The position numbers and the translations under genes are program-made. DNA of 63,315 bases, the filler included, from Intoshia linei (Eukaryota; Animalia; Orthonectida), in NCBI GenBank assembly GCA_001642005.1. It is 6 parts of 6 records of this genome, joined end to end, with 100 filler letters (N's around TTAATTAATTAA, not from the genome) between each part and the next. Parts side by side here need not be neighbours in the genome. Positions count along the whole stretch, not along the records: positions 23,157 to 49,690 come from LWCA01000466.1; 5 more parts are not named here. The stretch is one strand, 5' to 3'. This document shows positions 31,856 to 45,800 of this stretch, in pieces. Position 1 is the stretch's first letter. Every line of letters starts with the position of its first letter. The notes under the pieces are model-generated. The model was given only the letters and a program-made list of their open reading frames with translations, ran no database searches and was not told where the DNA came from.

Positions 31856-34800
31856 ATGATTAATTCAACATCCAATGATAGCGACTACGACACCGATTTA
31901 AATAATGGTTTATGTCTATTATTACTATTAATGACATGTAGAAATCAAACCGAAAATGGAATTATTACATTTGTATCACAAAATTAGCAAGCATTTAAAT
32001 GCACGTATTTGTTCAAAATTTTCAAAATGTGTTGATTTTAAAGGCAGAATGGAATTGAACTTTTCACATTTGGGCCTAAAAGAAAACGACGTAAAGTGTA
32101 TTTGCATCTTCTTGATTGTACCAATAATAGCAATATATAATGTATAAATCATTTAGAGTAAAAATGTGTCGTCTCTCGATTTTTCGAATAACAATTTAGG
32201 GAAAGGTTTATTGTACATATTACAGCTTTTTCATTATTGCAACATTACATTGTTGGTATATATTTTATTTTTTTCGTTTCATTTCTTAGAATTTATCCAG
32301 GATTGACATGGCCAATGTCAATGCTTTGGCATATGGGCTAAAATATACAAAAAGCCTTCGTACTTTAGATTTGTCTGATAATAAATTTGGAAACTCTCAT
32401 TGCTTTATTACATTGACAAAATCTTTAATTGATACTAAAATTGAAAATATCAATTTTTCAAACATCAATTTACGAAAAGATGATTGTGTTAAGCATTTAG
32501 GACGTTACCTTTGTTTGAGCAAATATTTAACGGATTTAAACGTTAGTTGGAATAGCATAAGAAAAAACAATGTTTCATTCATTTCCCGTGGGTTATTAAA
32601 ATCAAAAACTATTAAACACCTCAATATTTCATGGAATGGAATAGAATCTGGTGGTTTGATTCAATTGTGTCGATGTAATTATATTAATTAAAATTAGCTA
32701 TATATACTTCATTTTAGCTATAAAATTGAGCAAATGTTTACAAACGATAAATATTTCTGCTAATCGAATCAATAATAAAGGATTTTTTTCCATCATAAAA
32801 ATTTTAAATAAATGCCAAAGCACTAAGGAAATTTATGTAATTTCATATTACATGTGAGTGTATAATAGTCATCAAATTGTTTATTTTTTAGTTAGGTTGA
32901 CATTTTATTGTTTAAGGGGGACTATCATGAAATAATTTATACAAATGCTGATACACCTAATATTACTATGTACTTTAATCTAATTTTTATTTTTCCATTT
33001 AAAGATTGGCAATAATCCAATATGCGATCCCGTTTTACATATGGGGTTTACGTCTGCTTTAAAATGCGAAAAAATCAAAATAAACCTACTCAACCTCTCC
33101 GTAATTATGTATCATTTAAAATAATACTAATACTTAGAACATTTCCATACAATCTAAATCTACCTTAAATTTAATCAAATCTATACATGAAAAGTTTTCA
33201 AACTTTCATATTTCATACGGCTATTCAAACAACTATGGAACTTGCAAAATTTCTAATAGTTTAGTACTCCAAGCTTTACGTATTATGACAACTTATTGCT
33301 TTAAAAACAATATTAAAATATTGGACTTGTTCAGTCAATTTGATAATGATGGTAGCATGAGCATTACACCAATTGAATTTAGACGTGGCATTAGTGTAAT
33401 ATATTCATTACATGTATAATATACATTGTACATATCTAAGTGGAATTATTACTGAGAGTCCCAAATTGGGACTCCCAATAGGGCGAAGAAAAATTCATAA
33501 ACAGTTACAACCGGAATGGATATCAAAATTGTTGGGAAACACCGTTAAGTCTCAATTTTTTGATAATTATAATAAGTTATTAATAATAATAACTAACATT
33601 ATTTTGAATCTAAAATTTCATTTATTATAAAATAAATTTTATAAATAAATTTAGGATGCCAAAATATCACTATCCATGTTACAAATTGATGCTGTAATAA
33701 AATATTTAGATCAGGATGGAGATGGAGAGATTGACTTTAGGTTTATCATGTTTATATAAATTACTATAAAAGTGATGGATTTATTTTTTACATTTGCAAG
33801 TAAATATTAGTTTTAGAATGTAGATTTGATTTTGATCGTATCGTATTATGAGGTTAAAAGTCTAAATACATTAGCTATAACTAAATTTAAACAATTAAAA
33901 TACAATAAGAACATGGGATTCAATATAAAAACACTTTTAACCTTAGTAATGACTAGGTCTAGTCATAAAATAATTGCAAATTTTAAAAAAAATTAATTAA
34001 TGCAAATAAGTAAATTAAATTCGATTTAAAGTATGAACGATTTTTCAGTAAAGCCAAGCCCTTCTTCATTGACCGGAGACAAGGAATGACATCTTAAATC
34101 TTTAAGAATATTTTATATTTAAATGATGGTAATTTACATGTACAATGTATGTAATTTAGTTAATTAAATCATTTTTTCTACTTTTAATTGTAATTTTTAA
34201 CACCTGTCTTTTCTACATCGAAATGAATGATAATATAATAAAAAAATTTAGTAGAATTTAATAGAATCTTTCATCTTGTAGTAAAATATTATATATTAGA
34301 AATTTGGTTAATAGACAAATCGCGAAAACCGATTAATTATGCATATTACACTAGTCAGCAAAATGAAAAATTTTTTCGAAGATCTGTATGAAATGCACAC
34401 AATTAAATAGCTCAAATTTTTGTGGTCAACAAGATATTTTACTTTTATATTTTCCAAATCGCAATCAAAAGATTGATGATTATAATATCATAGTAACTAG
34501 CATATTATAATAAATAGCAATTCATTAATATATAATATTAATGTGGGTATTATTAATATAAATAATGTCAGCCATTCTCTCATAAATTTAAATTACACGC
34601 TACCATATTTCTTTTTACGTTGTTTGTTAGTTTGATTCGTATATTTTCAGGATATTACAAAATTATTATAGAAAATTTAATATTAAGGCTCTATTAAGAT
34701 ATTCTCACATAAAAAAATAAAATATACTATATTTTTAAATACACTCCCAAAAATGCATTATAACTACGCCAATGTTGACTAAAAAAGTAATAACAGTACA

Positions 34801-35833
34801 TGTTAATGTTCAAAAAATTAAACTCTATCGAATATGCATAAAAATAATGCAATTAGAATTTAAAAACATGACTTAATTATTACAATATATAATTATACTT
34901 ATATTATATTAATTTTAATTAAAGTGTTAATTAATCAGAACATAGAGGTGAAGCACCGTTTTGTGGTTATAATTTAAAATTTATATAAAATTTAACGTAA
35001 ATAATAAGTTCAATTCGTAACACCGTAATATTTTAGTATTTACTTATATGTAAAATAGTGCAAATAACCATAGGGCACGGGTCATACGCGCATTTTAAGT
35101 ATATCTATGAGTATGAGTTTTGGATAATATTTTCTGTAGGTCACTTAAATTGAAATATTTCTATTTTATTTACTAGAGATTGGCTCATGTATAGATTGAT
35201 ATTTTTCACGTAAAAGTACATTATGATCTTTAGATACACGATAAATGATTAGACATGTAAATGTTAAACTAGAAGCCATAGATTTTAAAATATTGGCAAA
35301 AATTTTTAGTCTATCGACACACCATGAATTCCTATCGTGGCCCAGACCCGTACGAAGGCTCATTACATGAAACTGGCCACAAATATTACGCGTTAAATCT
35401 GTAGTTCTCGACGGTGAACCAAGTAGCTCCCAGGGGAGGAATTATTTATGTAAACGAAGAAACTTGGAAGAAAAAATTATTTTATTTTAATTGTGTAGTG
35501 TGATGTCCATTATTATCGAAATATTGATTGATAAACAAAAAGTCAAATATTTAACTTTAAAATAGACTAAGTGACTGTAATATGTATAATTTACAAATAT
35601 CCACAAAATTATGACATATATGTAAAGGATAAGTTAAAATTTGGTCATAAATGAAGTAATGATTGGGGGAGGAATTATAAAAAAGGTTCAGAACCACTGC
35701 GTTAGATCAATAAGCATAATTAAATTTAGATTGTTTATTACATTCACTTTTAATTATATTTAAATTTAGCGAGCTTGTTTTAGGAACAAAAATTATTGAA
35801 GATGAGGATAATAGTTTCAAGTCAGAAAATTAA
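31856..35833 (+). CDS. LRRC74-like leucine-rich repeat protein with C-terminal EF-hand pair
   Basis: N-terminal DSDYDTDL, ELNFSHLGLKENDVKCI, RI-type LRRs (LDLSDNKFG, LNVSWNSI, LNISWNGI), EF hands FDNDGSMSITPIEF and LDQDGDGEIDFSEL; last exon 35770-35833. Confidence 0.75.
35399..35699. mobile_element. hAT MITE in last intron of LRRC74-like gene
   Basis: Degenerate TIRs CTGTAGTTCTCGAC / GTTCAGAACCACTG; TSD CGTTAAAT / CGTTAGAT. Confidence 0.65.
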
Positions 35834-36153
35834 ACTAATTGTATATTTAAAATAAAAAGTTTTTTCAACATTTGATTTTTTTATTGCAGAGGTTGGAAAC
35901 TTATGGAGAGCCAAAAAATACAACATTTTTATTATACTGAAAATCCGATTAACCACACCATCGGTGCATTATTATATTGGAAGTGAAGTCAACCTCCACT
36001 CAACAGGTAGTAGACATTTTTTCAGTATATCAATAGTAAAAAAATGTCTGACAATAATTTTTAAATTTTAAATAATATGGTAAAAACATTCTTTTGGGTT
36101 TGAAGATGCCAGATTCCGAAGTCGATGCATATTGCATTCGGGTCGTAGATAAA

Positions 36154-37615
36154 TCCTTACATATATAATATTCTTTGTTTGTCTGTGTGTGTTATCGTTT
36201 ATTTCAATAACTACCACTGTTAGAATTTTATAAAGTTCACATTTCAAATACAGTTTTTTCCGGGGGTGTTCGCAAACTTAATTTCAACCTCCCAATTTCA
36301 TATCTTACGGGTCAAAAACCCCAGTTGTCCCTCTTTTTGAAAATCAAATAAGTTGGAAAATTTAAAAAAATATATACGCTGATACGGATTTTAAAATCAT
36401 AAACATTATCATAATTTTAAATGCTGATGCGGATTTTAAAATCATAAACATTATCATAAATTTAAATTTAAAAAAATACACTGATGCGGATTTTAAAATC
36501 ATAAACATTATCATAAATTTAAATTTAAAAAAATTATATTTTCAACGCCAAAACCACAAATTACCCTTCTTTTTTTAATAAAAACAGCCCTATAATTTAA
36601 AAAAATTTACAGGTGGTACATTTTTATCCTGTTAATACACACAGAAAATTTCAATCCGAATGAGTGACGACTTCACGGTCAAAAAAGCATTTTAGTGTTC
36701 ATATATTTTTTTTCGAAATATTTTATTAAAACAAAAAATGTGAAATAATTAATGATCCGAAAATTAAAAAAAAAAGATTATTCTGATAGAGCTTATTCCA
36801 ATTGATATAAATACAAAATTTCAAATTCAGAAATCGACGCATTCCCGGTGAAAAATAATTTTTAATATATTATCAACCAATAGTTTTCAAATATTTTGAT
36901 TAAAATAAAAATTAAAAATGTAAATATTGATCTTACAATTTCAAAAAAAATGTGCATTGAACGTCTACACATTTACAATAAAGAATTATGGGTGAAAATC
37001 TGTATAATTAATTCCTTTGCAATTTTTTTCATTGCTATGCAATTTTTAAATTTCAAATTCTCATTTTCAAAACATTTTGTTTCAACTTAAAGTTTAAGTT
37101 GAACTACAACAATAAAACTAAAAGTAATACAACTTTGTTATTATCATTTTTATATTTATTACAATTTTTTGCATTATTGGTAAAATTCGCCTGAAATATA
37201 TGAAAAGGGTTGATAAAATTAGTTTTTTCTTTTGTGAGGAGATAAAGGAATTTTTTATTTAAAAGTTTGGTAAAAGGGGATTTTTTCCTTAGGGTTGGTA
37301 TAATTAGGTTTTTTATTTTGTATTCAGATCGAGGGATTTTTGATCTAAAACTTTGATAAAATTGGATTTTTCAAAAAAATATTGGTAAAAGGTTATTTAA
37401 GAATTTGGTAAAATTTTGATTTTTTCTCATAAGATTTTACTGAATGGGATGATTGAATAAAATGTTCTAAAAATGTATCATTCACCCCTTGGGTTAGCAG
37501 TCACCCGATGAGAAGCACTGAGTTAGATTTTGTGTAAAACATATATTTGGAAACATGCGACCTCGGCCGATTTATCTGTTTGTATAATGTATAAAGTACA
37601 TAGCAGACAAGCTAG
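36154..37615 (+). mobile_element. Non-autonomous Helitron copy with internal tandem triplication and nested hAT-MITE fragment
   Basis: A|TCCTTACATATATAATA start, CTAG|T end; unit CTGAT(A/G)CGGATTTTAAAATCATAAACATTATCATAA three times at about 36378-36530; hAT-like end GATGAGAAGCACTG at 37520. Confidence 0.75.
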
Positions 37616-37939
37616 TACTCCATAATATGATTATGTAGAATCTACATTGTATATCATTGCTGAATTAGATTCCTCAATATACCTCTTCGAATAACAAAGT
37701 AAAGACCACATGTAAATTAATAATTTTTTTCAAATTTTAAATAAATTTATCAAATTACGTTATGAATGTTACAACCTTATGAAATCAACTATTTCGTTTA
37801 TCATGAGGTTACGTTCAATGTCTTTTTACGAAAATTTAATTTTGATCTATTTCTAAGGAAAATTTTACAATTCATATTCAAAAACGCTGCAGAAAATTAT
37901 TATAATGTAAATTGAATGAATAAATAATGACTAGATTGC

Positions 37940-38239
37940 ATTTTTGACATTGAAATATTTTTAAAAAAATCACACCATAAAATTGCTTTTAAAATTATTT
38001 TTTAACAAGTCAAAAAAATAACATTGTGTGAATAATTGAGTTTAAATTTAATTTCCGTTAAATGATCCGTCCATAGTAAAACAAGTTTGTGAACCAGTAC
38101 TTTAATAGGTTGGTAATAGTGAATAGTAACATGTTTGTATAGTATTTTATTATTGAATGAAATTTTTTGGTATAATTAAAAATTCCGCCCTCTGCAGAGC
38201 TAATTACCCTTTGTACAAAGTAAATAACCGTCAAACTAG
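37940..38239 (+). mobile_element. Helitron 3' fragment
   Basis: CCGCCCTCTGCAGAGCTA...TTTGTACAAAGTA...GTCAAACTAG|T. Confidence 0.6.
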
Positions 38240-39350
38240 TATAATTTATATTACAAAAAATTTGTATAAATAGTAATGTAATAATTACTGTAACTAAATT
38301 ATAAATATAAATTTTTTTTCCATTTTTGCGAAATTTTACATAGACGTCAAATCTATTCCCCTCTCATTTATGTCAATTAAAATTTAACTTTAATTAAAAT
38401 GTTCACTTTAAATTACATCCATGTTCTCTAATCATTGTTCTTTACTAGAATAGAGAATGCTAACTTGTACAGTGTATACTTACTCCTTATCACTAATATA
38501 TGTCTAACTGAAATCTTATCTGATCAAACGTAACCTATATTGGTTTTTAAATGCACATGAATATATAGTAAATCCTTAAAGAAACTATTGCAACAGTGCC
38601 AATTAGAACAAAAGTAGTGTAAATTGGGTTTTGATATATAAAATGTTCCCTTTGCAACAATTTATGTACAATTCGAGGTTGAAGATATAGCAATAGTTGC
38701 AAAATAAAATAAGCTATATAGTTTCATCTAAACTAAACTTAAATTAGTAATGTACAAAATTTTAGAAATAAACATGCGCTCTACATAAACGATTTTTCTA
38801 GATTACGCGTTTTTGTTTCAAGATTTATTCAAAAGCAATTAGAGGTAAATAAGCATTGTTTCTAAACATTTTTTTCAGACTGTTGTATTCGATTGAACTT
38901 TTATACTATAAAATATGTGTACCTGAAAGATTTTTCAATCACGAGAAAGTGACATTTACCCATAATTTTAAGTACATGTAAGTTTATTTGTTTTGCAGTT
39001 GATTCAAACACTATGCAACATTGCTAACTGACAAGTTTTAATTCAAATAATGAACATTTATTTTAGTTGATTTTATTGTGATTCCTATTCCAATTTTACA
39101 GTTTCAATTTTAGGTCTACATCAAAAAATTTTGTATAAATTTATTAATACTAAATTACTGATTTTGATTATATTTTGATAGTGGAGTAATTTTGCAACCT
39201 TTGAATTTTAATAATTTTACTACGGGTTACTGTTTCTAATAATTGTCACCTGAGTTTACATCGGAAATACAAACAGTACATATTGATATTGAATTGAATT
39301 ATTTTACATCCTAGCATATTCAATACTACTTTAAAACCTCAACGCTACTG

Positions 39351-40439
39351 ATGACTTCTCCTAGCCCAGGTAAACGTAGAATTGATACGGATGTTATAAA
39401 ATTGTAATTTTTTGGTTTTATTTAATTTTAATTTTTTTTAGAATAGAATCTAAACATGAAGTGATACTGTTAAGTGGAATGAATGAATTTCTCGTCACGT
39501 TCCATGGTCCCAAAGACAGTATATATAAATTTATTTATTTACTACGTTTAGCTCCCTTCAATGGAGGAGTATGGCTCATACGAGTAGACTTACCTGAAAA
39601 ATACCCATTCAAATCTCCTTCAATAGGTTATTTTTTCTTGGCGTTTATTGAACTGACAATTGCATTGTCTGATCCATGTTTAAAAATTTTTCACACTTGA
39701 AATAATTATAGTTTACTTGTATTTTGCAATGAAATTGTTGATTGTAATCAAAATTCACAATATAAATATTATGCGTCTGCATTTTTATTTCATTACTACT
39801 GCAAATAACGGCTGAAAAGCTTATATTATATTCATGAATTTGATATATTAATAGTAATCGAGTATCTTGACATTTTTAAAGACTATAGTTAATTAAATTT
39901 TTATTGATATTTTATTTTAGGGTTTCTTAATCGGATATACCACCCAAATATAGACGAACTGTAATTGATTATTTATTTTTTTAATGTTATTATAGAAGCG
40001 GGACAGTTTGTTTGGATGTCATCAATCAAGCTTGGACTTCTTTATTTGGTAATTTTATTTTTATTTTAATTAAAATCATTATAGACCTTAAAAATATATT
40101 TGAATCTTTTCTCCCTCAATTATTGGCTTATCCAAATGCAACAGACCCGCTTAATGGTGAGGCTGCTGCCATGTTTCTTCATAAACGAGAAGAGTATACC
40201 CAAAAAGCTAGAGGTAACCTATTTTTCTTTTTTGTACAATCTTTTTAGCATACGTTACAAAGTTTGCACAGGAACAGCATTTAAAGAAATTAGATATACA
40301 ACAACGTGTAAATAAACTCAAGGGAGATCCATCGGACGCGTCCAATGAAAATGGCGATAACAGTGAAATCCAGAGTGACGTGGAAAGTAGCCTTAGCGGT
40401 ATCTCATGCGAAGATGACGCACAAACGATGGATTTATAA
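39351..40439 (+). CDS. UBE2H: Ubiquitin-conjugating enzyme E2 H (Ubc8-type), multi-exon
   Basis: [79 protein letters not shown], acidic tail [17 protein letters not shown]. Confidence 0.95.
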
Positions 40440-42850
40440 TTTTAATTTCTAACTTTTATGGCAACATCTTGAAGTCATCCACCTCATTCCTTATATAATG
40501 TTACAACGTATATTAATATTTAAAATCAAGATGTTATTATATAATGTTATTAAAATGTTTAATTTATGTAAAGAATTTTTAATAAAATAATGAAAGAAAT
40601 ACTTTGCAGCTATTGACAGATTCGCCATTCCAAGATTGTGTGATATAGATATATTAAGCCTTTAACGAAAAATACTTGGAATTAAATAAATAAATTCATT
40701 TACATTTTTTTTGTAAGACATTTTCAATTATCTGATTTGAGTCCTCACGTGGGTGTTAACGTGAATAAATCGATATATAAATTTACGTGTTAATGTATTT
40801 ATTATATTTTATATTTGTACTAGATTTTTCAATATGAACGTTAAATTACAAGTGCAATTCTATTTTAATTAATTTTTAAATGTATTTATCAGGAAAAATA
40901 TGTTAAATTATTTATTTTTCAGTAGATGTAAAATCATTATTAGCTATCACTATGATTTTTAAGGCTTTAATTGACTAGAAAATGTAAAATTTTTATTTAA
41001 GCCTGTTTTTATTATTATTGTCAAGTTGTTACCGTGCACTGCAGTGTAGCGAGTCACTACTAGATTCTCATATTTACTTTATATGGTGACTCCCTTGTTG
41101 ACTGGACTACTTCACTAAAGTAGACATTGATTATGAGATTTTTATTAATTTTTAATTTAATTGTTAGAGGACCCCTAAAAAAATTCAAAATCACTAATGC
41201 AGGATGGGTGTCAACCGTATTAAATAATTTAGTGAGCTTAGTGTACAATTGGTGTGTTTTTGGAATATCTAACTTAATGTAAATTTATATACATGAAAAG
41301 TCACTATTCGAGCGGGTACACCATTTTAATCCTTACTTGTACATAACGTAAAAAGTACATATATATAAAATAATTTAGTTAAAAATGCATATCGGTTTAT
41401 TTATTTGTTTTTTCCAGTTTATTTAAGAAAGTAAGACGAGTCAAGTTTTAAAATTCCATATTAATATTATTGTTTTTCGAGGGTGATATTTTATCGCAAA
41501 TTTCATTTCTAAAAATTGAGTCATTCAAGACAAAAACCGCAAATATTTTATTTTTTTAAAATTCAAACGATTCCTAATATTATAGAAATTATACAATCTG
41601 ATCAATACATTAAAACCATCAACAATATGATACATTTAAATTTCAAAATTTTATATCTTCACTGTCAAAACCACAAATTACTTTTTTTTAAAAAATGAAA
41701 ATTGTCATAAATTGTGGGATATTTTTTAAAATCATAAACATTATCATTTATAGAAAACCCAAAAAGTAAATTTTCACAATCAAAACCCCATGTGACCTTT
41801 TTGTTAAAAAATAATACTACTATCTTTTTTTGATTATAAGAAGTCTTCTTATATTCGAGAGTAGAAGCAAAAATGCTTATAATCAAAAACAAGCAGACTT
41901 TTAAGCAGACTTTGAAAAATATAAAAAATACACTAAAAGTTTTTTTCTAATTACTATAAACTTATAAATTAGATATGCAATATGATTAGATTAATATGAT
42001 GATTAGATATGTATGAAGGAAGTTATTTTTTATAAATAAATTGATATGTTGTCTATTTTTTGTTTAAAGTTTTTTATTTCGAATACAAGCAGAAACTGCT
42101 TATATTCAAATTATAATTAATTAAAAATTTCACTGAAAATTTGTATTTCAGGTGTCTGCTTATAATCCAGTAAAGACAGTAGTCTTATCATTTATTCAAA
42201 AAAATTACAATCTAACAAAATGACATATTCACGGTTAAAAAATCATTTTAGTAGTCGTTTTTTTTTATTTCGAAAATAATTTATTAAAACAAAAAAATTA
42301 GCAAACATGATTCTACTAAAAATTTTTTAAAAAAATTAATATAAACTGTATATTTTGTTAGTTTATCTCGTAAAAAATGCAATTTAATATTTTAACATGT
42401 TATTAATTAATATATTAGTAAATAAATTAATCATACACATATTCTGTCAATACATACGCTTAACAGTGCATATATTAAACTACTAGTTGAAATGTTTCCA
42501 AATATGAGTAACAATAGATAATGAAGAAAAAAGTATTTAATTTTTATTTAATTTTTAATATGAAAAAAAATGTTTTTACCTATGGAAGGTAAGAGACGAA
42601 ATGAATAATGCTATAACCATAAAACATAACGAAACATAAACATGCTAAATCCGACACGATTCTAAATATGTCATACATTAATCTGTACTTTGCTAAACAT
42701 CAAAGTTATTTACCTTTTAATATTTCGTTTTTGTGTGACCATATGGTGACATTGGGAGAAAATGGTTAAAAGAACTGCTATTATACTTTATTTAAAAGCA
42801 GAAAAGAAAAATATTAAAATATTTATTCATTAATCCGTTTGATGCATTCC

Positions 42851-45800
42851 TTAAAATCCAGGTATATAGCAATATATTTCAAGGGTTGATAATATAATGT
42901 ATATTCCCCATAGAGAAATAAGGAAGGCTCCAGTAATATATTTGATAACAGTTGGACCGCCGAGTTCTCCTCCAATTTTTTTGTGTCGACGAATTAATAA
43001 TATAACTACAGCAATAAAAGCCATCATGCAAAATATTGTAACAGAAAAGGCTAAAGATCCAGCTTCAACAATGAATGATTCGGAATTTGCTGAATGATAA
43101 ACTGACGCAATTAACCAGGAAATACCAATTCCAAGAAAAACGTTGACTGCATTTGAACCAGTGACATTTCCGATACTCATATCTGCATACGGGTCATTAA
43201 TTGCAGCAAATTTACTAGCATACATGTCTAAATTAATTGTATTATACAATGTATAATATACATACATAAATAGTATATCATATTGTATAAAATTTTCAAG
43301 TGGCTCAGTCACATTTTTATAAGTTTTAGATCATCACAGTTTCCTAACACTTTTATAATCAGTTTTAAGAGTTTATCAGTTCGTTGTTTTAATTTAACAT
43401 TAGAAAAATTATTTGGGGTCTTATTTTAATTCATATTATTATTTCATTTAATTGGTAGAGATAATTATTACGTGATCAAATCTATTTAACTTGAGATAGT
43501 TTACATAACAAAAAATCTGATTTCCATGATATTTTTAAAGCAACATTTAGAGAAATTTTATAATTTTTTTTTAAATATCTTTAAATGTTATAAAAAACCT
43601 AATATAACCATTTAAATCAGTGGTTACCGATTCACATAGTTTACGGACCTCCATTTCAAAATATTTATTTTTTGGACATCAATGAAAACATGAAATATAA
43701 AACATTTATGAAAAAATGTTTTTTTAAAGTTTTTTTTCTAGATTTAGTAAAATTTGATTTTTTATTTTGGGTTTTGGATTAGGAAGTTGTTGCTCATAAA
43801 CTTTAGTAAAATCGGATTTTTCAAAAAAATACTAGAAAAAGGGGATTTTTTCGTTAAGGGTTTAATGGTTGGATAAAAATGAGATTTTTTAAATGATAAT
43901 GTACCGGTCGTTTAGGTTTTGGTAAATCTGTAATAAATATTAAAAATAATAATTAAATGTCACGGATCCCAGGAATATAGTTTTGGACTTTAATCGGGAA
44001 CCACTTATTTAAAAGATTAAAGAAAGTGATTAAAAATTGACATCTCTATATAATAGTGTTAAATTTAATTCTATTAATAATATTAATTATTAATAGAAGA
44101 AACAAAATGAAGATACCTGGTAAACTTGTACCCAGAGCTACAAACGAAATTGCTACTACACCGTTATCAATTCCCACTGTACACCCAAAAGCTGTTGCTA
44201 AATCTCCAATAAAAGCTGTTAGAATTCCAATAACTATTATTGATACAACAAAACATGCCCATCCTTGAAAAATACCTAATAAAATGAATTAATAACATTC
44301 AAATGTATAATATGTATTTCATATGTGACTTCCGATTCTGTCAAATATGAACACGATAAATTAAATTAAATTAAAATTTTAAATATAAATGTAAATTAAA
44401 ATTTAATGTGAAAATGTATTTGAAAATATATCTAGAATTATAATTCTACTATAATATTGCACCTCAAATAACACTCAAAAAAGTTTTGAACTATAAACCC
44501 TATTTTAATAAAATTTAAGGTTATATCTCCACATAACAGAAAAAAATAAAAAAAATCGAGTAGTTAATGAGATAATTACTAGAGTCATTTTCTAGCAAAT
44601 AACATATAAATATTTCAATTTAAGTGACCTACAGGAAATAATATCCAAGACTAATACTCATAGATAGACTTAAATTGCGCTTACAATTTTTAGATAATTC
44701 TTATGTGTCTCTATTTCAGTAACCACACTTCAATTTTCTTTCTAATTTTTACAATATGATTTTCTCGATGTACTCTTTCACAAAATAATAAAAGTTAGCC
44801 AAAACTTTATACAAAGTCTCAAAATGTTGTGTCGTGTAAATTACACATGTATAATCAAATGAAAGTCCACAAACCGCTACATATATTAAAAAAAATTAAA
44901 GAATGAACCATATTCACAAACCAATGGTCAGTGACCATTAATCAATGACTATTTAAGAAATATTTTAAATTAATAATTAAATAAATTATTATTATTATGA
45001 ACGTATAAAAATAAATATTTACATGTTGGAGGAACAAAGGCAAAAAGGAATTTCCAGAAAAAGGATAATACATACAAAAGATAATCAATGAATTTTGGAG
45101 GTTGATCCTCTTCTGTTAAAATAAAAATATTACTGATATTTATAGACTAAAAATTACCTGTTGCAATTGCCATTGCTTCAACAAACTGTTCTTTCCATGT
45201 AGAAGTAGATAAAGCTGATGAAATGTTGGTGTTTTCTACAATGGTGTCAATTGTTTTCTAGATACATTGTATATTTAACATTTTGATATTATTATGATTA
45301 ATGCAAGTACCTTTAAATTTAAGTCTTCGGTAATGTGTATTTTGATTTTATCAACTTTCCCGATTGTAGGCTTCCCTAGTTCATGTATTCGCTTAGCTTC
45401 TTCATTCAAAATTTCAATATCTAATAATTATTAAATTAATTAATTAGCGTTGTATAGTAGTTGTAGTTGTGTAGCGTTGTAGGTATGTGAAATATGTATC
45501 AAAATTGCGAAATTGTATAATTATAATTATACTCTCAAAGACTAATATTGATGTAGTTATTTCGTATCATATATGGTTTATTGAGCCCTTTAAGGGCTCA
45601 AATAAAATAATGTCAAATAGTTTAAATTTTGACATTTTTTAGATACAGTCTAAGTTAGTGCTTCTCATGGGGGTAAATATTTTTTTATGAAGGGGGTGAA
45701 TACAAAAATTTTGGATGATTGGGGTGAATAGGGGGGAATGATAAATTTTTAACATATTTTATTCAATTTATTTAAATATTTGAAAAAACCAAAATTTTAC

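Noticed and set aside
34400-35398. Possible nested antisense gene in the last LRRC74-like intron (ORF 35166-35363)
   Set aside because: Many stops in all frames and no recognisable motif.
36896-37090. Short ORFs within Helitron or MITE sequence (also 28293, 41516, 41665, 48754, 51536, 59644)
   Set aside because: Low-complexity AT-rich repeats with frames not conserved between copies.
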